DNA of 64,000 nucleotides, taken from the NCBI GenBank assembly GCA_026413965.1, contig JAOAJY010000002.1, positions 12,273-76,272 on the forward strand, read 5' to 3'. Source of the DNA: Candidatus Micrarchaeota archaeon. Its GTDB lineage: Archaea > Micrarchaeota > Micrarchaeia > Anstonellales > Anstonellaceae. A program made the position numbers and the translations under genes. Within the stretch, counting starts at the first letter, position 1; the number at the start of each line of letters is the position of its first letter. The notes beneath the pieces are model-generated. The model was not told the DNA's origin, ran no database searches, and saw nothing but the letters and a program-made list of their open reading frames with translations. Of the stretch, positions 26,327 to 35,704 are shown in pieces.

Positions 26327-26635
26327 CTATCTTTGGTCCAAAGGAAATCTCCCTGGCATTTCCGGCAATCCTGCTTTTGCGATGGCTCTCCAGACAGTCA
26401 TGTGCGAGACGCGCATGGCGTACGCAACCTCCCTTACAGGCATGCCCTCTTTGTAATAAAGCTCAACTGCCATTGAGATTTCTTCTGGAGTAAGCTTTTT
26501 CGGCCTTCCAGGCAATCTCTCATATTCCCTTCTCACATTCCTCACCTCATTTTCTTTTTCTTTCCCTGCCGAAAGCCAAAAAGCAAAAGCGCGGCAGGCA
26601 TGGAAGTCAGGGGGCCAAAGCAGTTTGCCAGCCAC
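26327..26635 (-). CDS. Stand-alone Hin/resolvase-type HTH (HTH_7-like) protein
   Basis: GRPKKLTPEEISMAVELYYKEGMPVREVAYAMRVSHMTVWRAI resembles the C-terminal DNA-binding domain of serine recombinases. No catalytic domain is present. Confidence 0.55.
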   Translation of the reverse strand: MAGKLLWPPDFHACRAFAFWLSAGKEKENEVRNVRREYERLPGRPKKLTPEEISMAVELYYKEGMPVREVAYAMRVSHMTVWRAIAKAGLPEMPGRFPLDQR

Positions 26636-26645
26636 CTCAGCCCAA

Positions 26646-26666
26646 GCCTATTTGGGACAAATAGGC
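26646..26666. promoter_or_regulatory. Perfect 9-bp-arm palindrome upstream of the HTH gene
   Basis: GCCTATTTG-GGA-CAAATAGGC, 11 nt upstream of the ATG at 26635. Confidence 0.4.
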
Positions 26667-26797
26667 GCAAGAAGGGAAAAGTGGATGCTAGCTGCAAGCG
26701 GAAGAAGCTTCTGCCTGTAGCCAAGCGCCACCATGCTTTCCTTTTCTTTCTGAGAAATATATATATCTTTGTATCAATTTTGCAGGCAAGCCTTGGG

Positions 26798-27751
26798 CTA
26801 TTTCACCATAAGAAGCTGGGCAAGAAGCGCCTCTATCTGAAGCATTTCGTTTGCCCCCTCAACCAGCCTGAAGTTGTACTCGCCAATCTTGTCAAGTATG
26901 AGCACCTTTTCCCTCTCAGAAACAGGCAGGAAATCCACTGCCTTGTACATCTGCAAAAGGACATCCTCTCCTGACATGCCATACTCAAGCATGAGCTTGT
27001 GCAGCCTCTTTCTTGCCTCCAAAAACTTTTTTGAGAGGGCAAGCTCCATCATCTCCTTTATCTCAGCAGGCTCTGCCCTGCTTGAGCTTTTGTAGACCAG
27101 CTCAGGGGTTATCTTCTCGGAGTGCAGCGCAGCTGCCTGCAAGGCGTTGATCGCCCTGCGCATGTCCCCTTCTGATACGTAAAGGATTGCCTCAAGCGCC
27201 TGCTTCTCAAGCTTGAGCCCTTCCTCTTTGGCTATCCTCTCCACCATCTGGGAGCACTCCTCAGCAGAAAGAGGGCGGAAGCGGAAGACGCTGCAGCGGC
27301 TTTGTATCGGCTCTATTATCTTTGAGGAATAATTTGCCGAAAGGATGAACCGTGTGACATTCACGTAAAGCTCCATGGTCCTCCTCAGCGCATTTTGGGC
27401 ATCGCTTGTCAGGGAGTCTGCCTCATCCAAAAATATTATCTTGAAGGGCGCCTGCGCAAGCGACACCGTGCGCGCAAACTCCTTTATCTTTCCCCTCACC
27501 ACATCAATGCCCCTCTCATCTGAGGCATTCAGCTCCAACAGGCTGTCCCTGTAATCCTCTCCGTAAATGTCCCTTGCAAGCGCCAAGGCAGCGGTGGTCT
27601 TTCCTATCCCGGGCGGCCCTGCAAAAAGCAGGTTGGGCATGTTTTTCTGCTTGGCGTAGGCTTTGAGTATCCCCACAATCTCCTTTTGCCCAACAATCTC
27701 AGACAGGCTTTTTGGGCGGTATTTCTCGGTCCAGGGAATATATTCATCCAT
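26798..27751 (-). CDS. rfcS: Replication factor C small subunit
   Basis: [18 protein letters not shown] (Walker A), LDEADSLT (Walker B) and SRC motifs. 317 aa with no intein. Confidence 0.92.
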   Translation of the reverse strand: MDEYIPWTEKYRPKSLSEIVGQKEIVGILKAYAKQKNMPNLLFAGPPGIGKTTAALALARDIYGEDYRDSLLELNASDERGIDVVRGKIKEFARTVSLAQAPFKIIFLDEADSLTSDAQNALRRTMELYVNVTRFILSANYSSKIIEPIQSRCSVFRFRPLSAEECSQMVERIAKEEGLKLEKQALEAILYVSEGDMRRAINALQAAALHSEKITPELVYKSSSRAEPAEIKEMMELALSKKFLEARKRLHKLMLEYGMSGEDVLLQMYKAVDFLPVSEREKVLILDKIGEYNFRLVEGANEMLQIEALLAQLLMVK

Positions 27752-27826
27752 CCTTTCTCCTCCTGTCCTACTTGCAGCTACAAATACTTATATAGTTTTA
27801 CCAGCGCTAATTTGCAGGCGAAAGCT

Positions 27827-28159
27827 ATGGGCAAGGATTTGGCGATTTCCGCTGGCGTGTCGGCGTTTGCGGTTGCCCTAGCCAGCGCCACGCCGCAGCT
27901 TTCTGGCTCCTCTCCACTTTTCCTGCTTTCCTGGCTTGCCCTTTCATTTTCTGGACATTTTGCCCTTGATGCGATGGCCAAGGCAGGGCTTTCCAGGATG
28001 GGCTGCGCGCTGGCTTTCGTTTCGGCAGTCGCCTCTGCCTGGCTTGCTGTTTCCATCCTCTCAGGCTCAGCCTCCAAAATCCTCTCCTTCGCGCCTCTGG
28101 CAGCCTGCCTTTGCGCGCCTGCAGCCGCGTTTGCGGTTCGAGACGCTTTTGAAAGGTGA
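27827..28159 (+). CDS. Small hydrophobic membrane protein
   Basis: 110 aa from the ATG at 27827, Ala/Leu/Ser-rich with 3-4 TM helices. Confidence 0.4.
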   Translation: MGKDLAISAGVSAFAVALASATPQLSGSSPLFLLSWLALSFSGHFALDAMAKAGLSRMGCALAFVSAVASAWLAVSILSGSASKILSFAPLAACLCAPAAAFAVRDAFER

Positions 28160-28165
28160 TTTTGC

Positions 28166-31100
28166 GTGCATGACCAAGTGAAGCTGGAGCAGGAAGTGCT
28201 TTCATTTTGGAAAAAAGAAAGAATCTATGAGATTGCCAAAAAGGCATCAGAAGGCGGCAAGCTGTTTTATTTTTGCGACGGCCCTCCTTATGCGACCGGA
28301 CAGATTCACCCAGGGACCGCATGGAACAAGTGCATGAAGGACGCAGTCTGCAGGTACAAGAGGGCCTCTGGCTTTTGCGTCCGAGCCCAGCCAGGCTATG
28401 ACACGCACGGGCTTCCGATAGAGGTGAAGGTGGAGCAGGAGCTGAAGATTTCCAACAAGCGCCAGATTGAAAAGCTGGGCGTGGAGAAGTTCGTGGAGAA
28501 ATGCAAGTCATTCGCCACGCAATACATAGGCATAATATCTTCGCAATTCGAGCGCTGCGGGGTATGGATGGACTTTGGCAGCCCCTATATCACCTACACC
28601 GACTCCTACATAGACGCCTCATGGAAGACAATAGAGGCTGCGCACCAGAAAGGGCTTCTTCACGAAGGAGTCTATGTGGTGCCATACTGCAGCAGGTGCG
28701 AGACCACCCTTGCCAACTATGAGCTTGAATACGGGGAGCAGACCGACCCGTCCATCTACGTGAAATTCAAGTCGCTTGAGGCGGAGAACGAGTATTTCAT
28801 AATCTGGACCACCACTCCTTGGACCCTTGTCTCCAACATGGCGATAATGGCGCACCCGATATACTCTTACGCCAAGGCAAAGGTCGGGCAGGAGACTTGG
28901 ATAGTGGCAAAGGAGCGGCTGGACCACTTGATGGAGCTTGTGGGGCAGCCTGCCGCAATTTTGGGCGAGATTTCAGGAAAGAAGCTTGAGAAATCCAGAT
29001 ACGAGCACCCCTTGAAAGGGAAGATAGGCAAGGACTGCGAGCGGAAGGTTGTGCTTTCAGACGAGTTTGTCAGCTTGGAGGATGGGACTGGGCTGGTGCA
29101 CTGCGCCCCAGGCCACGGCCCTGAGGACTTTGTGATAGGCAAGCGGTTTGGCATAGAGATATACTCGCCCATAGACTCTGCCGGGAAATTCACAAGCGAC
29201 TCAGGGGCGTACCACGGGCTGCATGCAAGGGAAGCCTCAGCGAAAGTGATAGAGGACTTGAAGGCAGCAGGCGCGCTGGTGCATGAAAGCAAGGTTACGC
29301 ACCGCTACCCCCACTGCTGGAGATGCAAGACGCCGCTCATTTTCATAGCCACCAACCAGTGGTTCATCGCGATAACCAAGCTCAAGGACCAGATGCTTTC
29401 CCAGATAGAGAATTGCGAGTGGCACCCTCCATTTGCCAAGACCCGCTTCCGCGAGTTTGTGGCTTCTGCCCCTGACTGGTGCATCTCGCGGCAAAGATAC
29501 TGGGGCATTCCGCTTCCGATATGGAAGTGCGGCTCCTGCGGGCACATAAAAGTGGTGGGCTCAGCCTCGCAGCTTCCGAAAATCCGCGAGCTGCACCGCC
29601 CATTCATAGACGAGGTGAAGTTCAAGTGCAAAAAATGCGGCTCAACCGCCCACAGGGTTCCTGACATACTTGATGTGTGGTTTGACTCAGGCAACGCTGT
29701 GTGGGCCTCGCTTTCTGAGGAGGAGAGGAAAAGGCTCCAAAAGACAGACTTCATAGTGGAGGGGAAGGACCAAACACGCGGCTGGTTCTACTCCCTGCTT
29801 GGCTCAGGGGTGGTGCTCAACGGCGAGATACCCTACAAAAGGCTTCTTATGCACGGCTTTTTCGTGGATGAGAAAGGCGAAAAGATGAGCAAGTCCTTGG
29901 GCAACTTTGTCCCGCTTGAGCAGATAGTGGACAAGTACGGGGCTGACGCCTTCAGGCTCTGGTCTCTCTCAAACACTGTGTGGGATGATTTGAGGTTCAG
30001 CTGGGCTGAGGTGAAGGAAGCCCACCGCTCGCTTGGGACAATCTACAACCTCGGGCAGTTCCTGCAAAGGTTCTGCTCAAGCCCGCACAAGCCGGTCCTC
30101 CCAGAAGATTCTGAGCTTGCGGTGGAGGACCGGTGGCTGCTCTCCAGGCTGTCTGCCACCATATCAGAGTGCACTGAGGCATTTGAGGGCTACAATCTCC
30201 ACGCTGCCGCCAAAGCCGCCAGGCATTTCCTGCTTGAGGACATAAGCCGCTTTTACATGAAGCTTGCCAAGCAAAGGATTGATGAGGAAGGGCCTGGCTG
30301 CCCTGCCATGGCTGTATTGTACCACTGCATTCTTGAGGGGCTCAAGCTGCTTTCCCCGATAGCCCCGTTCATATCCGAAAGCATCTACCAGTCATTTTAC
30401 AAAAAGCGCGAGCGCAAGGAGTCCATAAGCCTATTCCCATGGCCATCCGCAAGCAAGAAGCATCAGGACGCATTGCTTGAAAGCCGGTTTGAGATTGCGC
30501 GCAAAATATCTGCAGCCATCGCAGCAAGCAGGCAGAAGGCAGGGCTGCCTTTGCGCTGGCCGCTTGAGGAGGCAAGGGTGGTATCAGATTCCACCGAGAT
30601 TCTCTCCGCAGTGGAGCATCTTTCGGCGACCATAGAGGCTCTGTCGAATGTGAAAAGCGTAAGGATATCCAGGCAGCCGAAGACAGAGTTCCTGGTCCAG
30701 ATAAACAAGGCAAAAGTGGGGGAGGCTTTCAAGAAGGAGTCGCCGCAGGCAATCGCGGCAATAGAGAGCATGCCTGCAGAAAAGCTTGCCGAGTGGCTAG
30801 CCAGCGGAGGCAAGGGGCTTTTGGCAGGCGGAAAATACCCAATCACCCCTGAGATGGTTAAGGTGGAGGCGAAAGCCGAAGGCTTTTCGACAGCTGAATT
30901 TGAAGGAGGCAGGGTTTATCTTAAAACCGAGATGAAAAAAGAGCTTTTTGAGGAGGCGATGGTGCGTGAGGTTGCGCGAAGGGTGCAAATCATGCGCAAG
31001 GAGCAAAAGCTTGTGGAGTCCGACAAAATCTCCCTGCACATTCAGCTTGAAGACAAGGAGCTTCTCTCCATCCTCAAAAGGAGGGAAAAGGAGCTTGCCT

Positions 31101-31207
31101 CCCAAGTGAATGCTGAGCTGGTTGGCTTTGGGCGCTCAGAAGGATTTGCCAAGGATTGGGAGATAGGCGAATCCCAAGTCCGAATCTCCATCCAGAAAAA
31201 AAGCTAA
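28166..31207 (+). CDS. ileS: Isoleucyl-tRNA synthetase
   Basis: Class I motifs PPYATGQIHPGTAWNK (HIGH-like) and KMSKS, an editing (CP1) domain, and Cys clusters. 1013 aa. The start is a GTG at 28166. Confidence 0.92.
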   Translation: MHDQVKLEQEVLSFWKKERIYEIAKKASEGGKLFYFCDGPPYATGQIHPGTAWNKCMKDAVCRYKRASGFCVRAQPGYDTHGLPIEVKVEQELKISNKRQIEKLGVEKFVEKCKSFATQYIGIISSQFERCGVWMDFGSPYITYTDSYIDASWKTIEAAHQKGLLHEGVYVVPYCSRCETTLANYELEYGEQTDPSIYVKFKSLEAENEYFIIWTTTPWTLVSNMAIMAHPIYSYAKAKVGQETWIVAKERLDHLMELVGQPAAILGEISGKKLEKSRYEHPLKGKIGKDCERKVVLSDEFVSLEDGTGLVHCAPGHGPEDFVIGKRFGIEIYSPIDSAGKFTSDSGAYHGLHAREASAKVIEDLKAAGALVHESKVTHRYPHCWRCKTPLIFIATNQWFIAITKLKDQMLSQIENCEWHPPFAKTRFREFVASAPDWCISRQRYWGIPLPIWKCGSCGHIKVVGSASQLPKIRELHRPFIDEVKFKCKKCGSTAHRVPDILDVWFDSGNAVWASLSEEERKRLQKTDFIVEGKDQTRGWFYSLLGSGVVLNGEIPYKRLLMHGFFVDEKGEKMSKSLGNFVPLEQIVDKYGADAFRLWSLSNTVWDDLRFSWAEVKEAHRSLGTIYNLGQFLQRFCSSPHKPVLPEDSELAVEDRWLLSRLSATISECTEAFEGYNLHAAAKAARHFLLEDISRFYMKLAKQRIDEEGPGCPAMAVLYHCILEGLKLLSPIAPFISESIYQSFYKKRERKESISLFPWPSASKKHQDALLESRFEIARKISAAIAASRQKAGLPLRWPLEEARVVSDSTEILSAVEHLSATIEALSNVKSVRISRQPKTEFLVQINKAKVGEAFKKESPQAIAAIESMPAEKLAEWLASGGKGLLAGGKYPITPEMVKVEAKAEGFSTAEFEGGRVYLKTEMKKELFEEAMVREVARRVQIMRKEQKLVESDKISLHIQLEDKELLSILKRREKELASQVNAELVGFGRSEGFAKDWEIGESQVRISIQKKS

Positions 31208-31743
31208 ATTTCAAGCTTCTTGAGCTTCTCCATAAGCTCAAGCATCCTCATGAAAGCCTCTTCCTTCTCTTTCCTGCTCACTTCCTCAAACACCTCAAAG
31301 CTGACTGGCGCATCTTTTCTTCTTGGCCACTCGGCATCTTTCCTTATCCAGTATTTGCTGCCGTCTTTTGAGCGGACCATGATGACCCTTCCGGCAGGCA
31401 TCCTCTCTATCCTTCCAAGCTCATTTTCCGCAAGATTCCCCAGCCACTCCTCAAATTCCTTTTTCTGAAGCGAGCTTAGCAGCCACCTGTTCTTCATCAT
31501 CGCAGTCATCCTTGCTTTCTGTATCTGCATGTCCAGCTCCCAGATTTTCATGAAGCCCTCCCTAATCTTCTCCTTCTGCTGCTGATCCAAAGGCTCCTTC
31601 ATCAGCGGACCAAGCTTCTCCTTGTAGGCTATGTGGTGGCAAGGGTCGTTGAATTCCAAAATGGCGGCTTTCTGGAAGCTCATCCTTTTTCCTTCAAGAA
31701 TGACGCTCTTGCCTGAAACTTTGTATTCTCTCCAGCCTGCCAT
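31204..31743 (-). CDS. Hypothetical protein
   Basis: 179 aa from the internal ATG (MAGWREY). The longer track ORF would overlap the enolase start. Charged and helical, with no recognised family. Confidence 0.45.
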   Translation of the reverse strand: MAGWREYKVSGKSVILEGKRMSFQKAAILEFNDPCHHIAYKEKLGPLMKEPLDQQQKEKIREGFMKIWELDMQIQKARMTAMMKNRWLLSSLQKKEFEEWLGNLAENELGRIERMPAGRVIMVRSKDGSKYWIRKDAEWPRRKDAPVSFEVFEEVSRKEKEEAFMRMLELMEKLKKLEI

Positions 31744-31803
31744 AGACCAATTTGGCAGACTTGCTTTTTTAAACCCAAATCCCGATTCTTTTTCGGTGAT
31801 GGC

Positions 31804-33060
31804 GTGTCCAAGATAGTCCGCGTGGTTGCGCGAGAGGTGATTGATTCGCGCGGCAACCCGACGGTGCAAGCTGATGTCTTTTCCGAAAAGGGCTTCGGCA
31901 GGGCTGCTGCCCCGTCAGGGGCTTCCACAGGCAAGCACGAGGCAGTGGAGCTTCGCGACGGCGGAAAGAGGTTTCATGGCAAAGGCGTGCTGAATGCTGT
32001 CAAGAATGCCAGCCAAAAGATAGCCAAAGCCATCAAAGGCATGGAGGTCTCTGACCAGCAAGCCATAGATTGCGCCATGATTTCGCTTGACCAGACGCCC
32101 AACAAAGCCAAGCTTGGGGCAAATGCCACCACCGCGGTTTCGCTTGCGGTTGCGCAGTGCGCGGCAAGCGAGGCAGGCTGCGGGCTTTACCGGATTCTCA
32201 AAGGCAAGAAGCTTCTTCCTGCCCCCATGCTCAATGTGATAAACGGCGGCAAGCATGCCTCAAACGGGCTGGCGGTGCAGGAGTTCATGGTTTTTCCAGC
32301 AGGCTTCAAATCGTTCTCCGAGGCGATTCAGGCAGGATGCGAGATTTACCATTGCCTCAAGCGGAAAATATCCGCAAAATATGGCAAGGGGGCGGCTGGG
32401 CTTGGCGATGAGGGCGGCTTCGCGCCCCCATGCAGCAGCACCCGCGAGGCGCTTGAGCTTCTGGAATGGGCAATCTCCGAAAGCGGCTACTCCAAGAAAG
32501 CCTGGCTTGCGATAGATGCCGCAGCCTCCTCTTTCTACAGGCGCGGGGCATATCAGATAGATGGCAAAAGCCTCTCTGCTGGCCAGCTTTTGGACTTTTA
32601 CCTTTCGCTTTCCAGGGAGTTTAGGCTCGCAAGCATAGAGGACCCCTTCCACGAGGAAGCTTTCGAGGATTTCGCCCAGCTGCGCAAGAGGCTTTCTGGC
32701 AAAGCGCAGGTTGTCGGCGACGACTTGTTTGTCACAAACTCCTCGCGCATCAAGCAGGGGATAGGGCTGGGTTCTGCCTCCGCCCTGCTTCTGAAAGTCA
32801 ACCAAGTGGGGACATTGACCGAGGCTTTGGAATCCGCCTCCTTGTGCATGCGGAACGGCATGGGGGTCATAGTCTCCCACCGCTCAGGAGAGACTGAGGA
32901 CTGCGCGATAGCCGACATAGCCGTAGGGATTGGCTGCGGGCAAATCAAGGCAGGCGCGCCTGCCCGCTCAGAGAGGGTGGCGAAATACAACCGGCTTCTG
33001 CAGATTGAGGAGGAGCTTCCCTCAGGCTCATTTGCCGGGCGCAAAGGCTTGGCTTTTTAA
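31804..33060 (+). CDS. eno: Enolase
   Basis: SRGNPTVQADV, SGASTGKHEA, DDLFVTN, KVNQVGTL and SHRSGETED motifs. Confidence 0.95.
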   Translation: MSKIVRVVAREVIDSRGNPTVQADVFSEKGFGRAAAPSGASTGKHEAVELRDGGKRFHGKGVLNAVKNASQKIAKAIKGMEVSDQQAIDCAMISLDQTPNKAKLGANATTAVSLAVAQCAASEAGCGLYRILKGKKLLPAPMLNVINGGKHASNGLAVQEFMVFPAGFKSFSEAIQAGCEIYHCLKRKISAKYGKGAAGLGDEGGFAPPCSSTREALELLEWAISESGYSKKAWLAIDAAASSFYRRGAYQIDGKSLSAGQLLDFYLSLSREFRLASIEDPFHEEAFEDFAQLRKRLSGKAQVVGDDLFVTNSSRIKQGIGLGSASALLLKVNQVGTLTEALESASLCMRNGMGVIVSHRSGETEDCAIADIAVGIGCGQIKAGAPARSERVAKYNRLLQIEEELPSGSFAGRKGLAF

Positions 33061-33083
33061 GCATGAGGAAAGAATGCTGATGC

Positions 33084-33491
33084 ATGTTTTTGCCGCAGGA
33101 GGAAAGCAAGCAGTTCTCCCTTGTCTCCGCCCTTTTCACCATCTCTTTTTCTGTCCTTCTTTTCGTGGGCTGCCTATCAATGGTCTTCGCGAATTTTTCT
33201 CTTGGGGCTCTTCTTTTTTTTCTCGGCCTTGCGCTTGTGGCAGGAAACGAGTATATGCTTTTGAGCAAGGGAGCCAGCCGCCCCTTCCCACAGGCTTCCG
33301 CATCATCTGGCATTGAGGGGCTTGTTCTATTTTCGCTTGCCTCATTCTCAGCTGCTGCCGCAATCGCCTATGCGCACTACCTTGCCTATGGGGGCAGCGA
33401 CAAAGCAATAGTGGCAATCGCATGCGGGCTTTTGGCTTCAGTGGTGAAGATAGCCTCAGCCAGCCTGCAGTTTTTCCTCAGGGAAAAATGA
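33084..33491 (+). CDS. Hypothetical membrane protein
   Basis: 135 aa with four hydrophobic helices. Confidence 0.45.
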   Translation: MFLPQEESKQFSLVSALFTISFSVLLFVGCLSMVFANFSLGALLFFLGLALVAGNEYMLLSKGASRPFPQASASSGIEGLVLFSLASFSAAAAIAYAHYLAYGGSDKAIVAIACGLLASVVKIASASLQFFLREK

Positions 33492-33575
33492 GGCATGCAT
33501 GCCAAGCCTCTTTGGCTTGCGCTTGCACAAAATCCGACGCGGCTTTTTTCCGGCAAAAACAAGGCAAGCTTATCT

Positions 33576-33893
33576 TCACTTCATCTTGTACTGCTTTTTT
33601 ATCCCCACTTCCTCATGCTCGGCAGCGTCCTTCAGCTGCTCTATCAGGAACCCCATCAGCGTCTTGCTCTCAGGCGCGCCTATATACACATTTGAGCGCC
33701 AAGCCCACTGCGAGGCAAGCAGGCTCTTTTCCCCTTCCCTGCCTATCTCATACCCAGTGGCTATAACCATAAGGTAAGGCCTGCCCTTCATCTCCTCCAT
33801 CAGCTTTTCATTTAGCTTGGAGGCTATTTCCCCCAGCCTTTTCTCCTCGCTGAACCTCTCTTTTTTCTCCTCGCTTTTCCCATCTTCAGGCAT
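33576..33893 (-). CDS. Hypothetical protein
   Basis: 105 aa from the ATG at 33893, which lies 38 nt downstream of the tRNA-Asn 3' end. No motif was recognised. Confidence 0.4.
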   Translation of the reverse strand: MPEDGKSEEKKERFSEEKRLGEIASKLNEKLMEEMKGRPYLMVIATGYEIGREGEKSLLASQWAWRSNVYIGAPESKTLMGFLIEQLKDAAEHEEVGIKKQYKMK

Positions 33894-33931
33894 AAGACAA
33901 CCTCCAAAGCCGCGCCAAGAAGGCAAGCCAG

Positions 33932-34004
33932 CGCCCCGGGCAGGATTCGAACCTGCGACCTATGGATTAACAGTCCACCGCTCTACCAGCTGAGCTACCG
34001 AGGC
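33932..34004 (-). tRNA. tRNA-Asn(GUU), uninterrupted
   Basis: GCCTCGG-TA-GCTC-AGCTGGTA-GAGC-G-GTGGA-CTGTTAA-TCCAT-AGGTC-GCAGG-TTCGAAT-CCTGC-CCGGGGC-G (73 nt). Confidence 0.9.
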
Positions 34005-34005
34005 A

Positions 34006-34112
34006 TGCCACAGGCCGGATTTGAACCAGCAACACATCGGTTTCAGAGGATGCTGAGCGCAGGCTCCTGCAAATCTTCAGCCGATTGCTCTCCCAGGTTG
34101 AGCTACTGTGGC
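34006..34112 (-). tRNA. tRNA-Phe(GAA) with a 33-nt canonical (37/38) intron
   Basis: GCCACAG-TA-GCTC-AACCTGGGA-GAGC-A-ATCGG-CTGAAG[33]A-CCGAT-GTGTT-GCTGG-TTCAAAT-CCGGC-CTGTGGC-A (107 nt). Only 1 nt separates it from tRNA-Asn. Confidence 0.85.
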
Positions 34113-34135
34113 TCAGCTTGGTTTGTGGGTAAAAA

Positions 34136-34146
34136 CGTTAATAAAG
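34136..34146 (-). promoter_or_regulatory. TATA-like box for the tRNA-Phe/tRNA-Asn unit
   Basis: CTTTATTAACG on the minus strand, centred about 29 nt upstream of tRNA-Phe. Confidence 0.45.
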
Positions 34147-34557
34147 CTAAACACTGCCGCCGAGAATCCTCAGCCTCTCTTTCATCATGCACTTGTCCAT
34201 CACCACAAGAAGCCCGGCGGATTCAGCCTTCTGCGCAGCCTCCGGGCTGACCACTCCCTCCTGCATCCACACCGCCTTCGCGCCAATCTCTATCGCCTGC
34301 TCCACAATCTCAGGCGCAGCAGAGGGCTTGCGGAATATGTCCACAACCTCCACTTTCTGCAAGACAGAGCGCAAGTCAGGAAAGCTTTTTTTCCCCAGCC
34401 ATTCGCTGATGCCAGGATTGACAGGAACCACCTCGTATCCGCTTTCCATCAGATGCTTGGCGACCGCAAAGCTTGGGCGCTCAGGGTTGTCTGATATGCC
34501 CACTATCGCTACAGATTTCATGCCGAGTATCTTCCTTATGGTCTCCTCCTCATTCAT
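34147..34557 (-). CDS. CoA-binding domain protein (YccU/YneT-like)
   Basis: VAIVGISDNPERPSFAVAKHLMESGYEVVPVNP is a Rossmann-like CoA-binding motif. Confidence 0.8.
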   Translation of the reverse strand: MNEEETIRKILGMKSVAIVGISDNPERPSFAVAKHLMESGYEVVPVNPGISEWLGKKSFPDLRSVLQKVEVVDIFRKPSAAPEIVEQAIEIGAKAVWMQEGVVSPEAAQKAESAGLLVVMDKCMMKERLRILGGSV

Positions 34558-35687
34558 GCCCTCACCAGCCTCAAAATCTCCTCATGCGGAGCATCCGCCC
34601 TTATGGCTGTGGGGCAAAAATGCGTCCGCGAGGCTTTGTAGCCAGCATCCCGAAGGCTCTCAATTGCCTTCTGGATAGGGATTATCGGGCGCAGGGTTTT
34701 TTTTGCAAGCGTGTGCAAATCCCAGTAGAAGCATGAGCCGACCGCAAGCTCCTCATTTATCGCGCCCAAGATTTTCCCAGCCTCCTCCCAGCCATGCAGC
34801 CCTCTTTCTTTGTTGAGCGAAAGCATCTTTTGGGCAATTTTTCTGTCCCAAAGCTCTCCCAGGTGCATGGGGCCTGCAATCTGAAGGGCTCCTGCGCAAG
34901 AGGGGCAGCGCTTGCCTTCCGGAAATCTTTCTGCCTGCCTCCAGCAGCAGGAAGGGCAGTAGGAGACAAACCCCAAGGATTTGATTGAGGAGGCTGCCTT
35001 CTGCGCGCCTTTTTGGACCAGAAATACAATCTTTATGTAATGGCGGTGCGAAAGGGTGAATATCGGGGTGGCTGAGAGGCTGAATGGGGCGAACTCCATC
35101 GCTGTCCTGCCTATAAGTATTCTTGCGGCATTCTCATGGCAAAATTCGTTGTTGAGCGGATTCGCTCCGTAATTTTTCAGGCATGCCAAAAGGTGCGCGC
35201 CGCACAGGACCGGCATGTCTGTCGCAGTGACGGAAAAATAGCTCTCCTTTGCCTTATGCAGCATATGGGCTGCGTCATGCAGGAAGGGCTGGGGAGAGCC
35301 GAACGGGTCCAGCTCAAGAAAATCAAAGGAATTTTCCCGCATGAACTTTTTGGCGTCTGCCCTGCTCACCTTGCACTCCAGATTGTTGAGCTTGGCATTC
35401 TTCCTTGCGCATGCGGCTGCCTTCTGCGAAATGTCTGACAGCGAAAGCTCATCCACATTGCGGTTCTCCAGCTTGTACCTTATCCCCCTTGCTCCGGTTG
35501 CGCACATCACATCCGCTACCGAAATCCTCTTGCCAATCGCGCCTGCGCAAAGGCTGGTCAAGTCGCGGCAGAGGCGCATGTGGGGGTTGTAGAAAACCCC
35601 GCCGCAAATCCTGATTTTGGCTTTGCCTTCCTCAATTTCCTGCCTGCTTCCCACGCTTGTCTTTTTGGATAAAGGGATAAAAACCAT
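34554..35687 (-). CDS. trm1: tRNA (guanine26-N2)-dimethyltransferase Trm1
   Basis: FYNPHMRLCRDL, SAM-binding VADVMCATGARGIRY, DPFGSP, and a C-terminal Cys cluster (CPSCC...CPSC). Confidence 0.85.
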   Translation of the reverse strand: MVFIPLSKKTSVGSRQEIEEGKAKIRICGGVFYNPHMRLCRDLTSLCAGAIGKRISVADVMCATGARGIRYKLENRNVDELSLSDISQKAAACARKNAKLNNLECKVSRADAKKFMRENSFDFLELDPFGSPQPFLHDAAHMLHKAKESYFSVTATDMPVLCGAHLLACLKNYGANPLNNEFCHENAARILIGRTAMEFAPFSLSATPIFTLSHRHYIKIVFLVQKGAQKAASSIKSLGFVSYCPSCCWRQAERFPEGKRCPSCAGALQIAGPMHLGELWDRKIAQKMLSLNKERGLHGWEEAGKILGAINEELAVGSCFYWDLHTLAKKTLRPIIPIQKAIESLRDAGYKASRTHFCPTAIRADAPHEEILRLVRA

Positions 35688-35704
35688 TGCTCAGTAGCAT
35701 CCTC

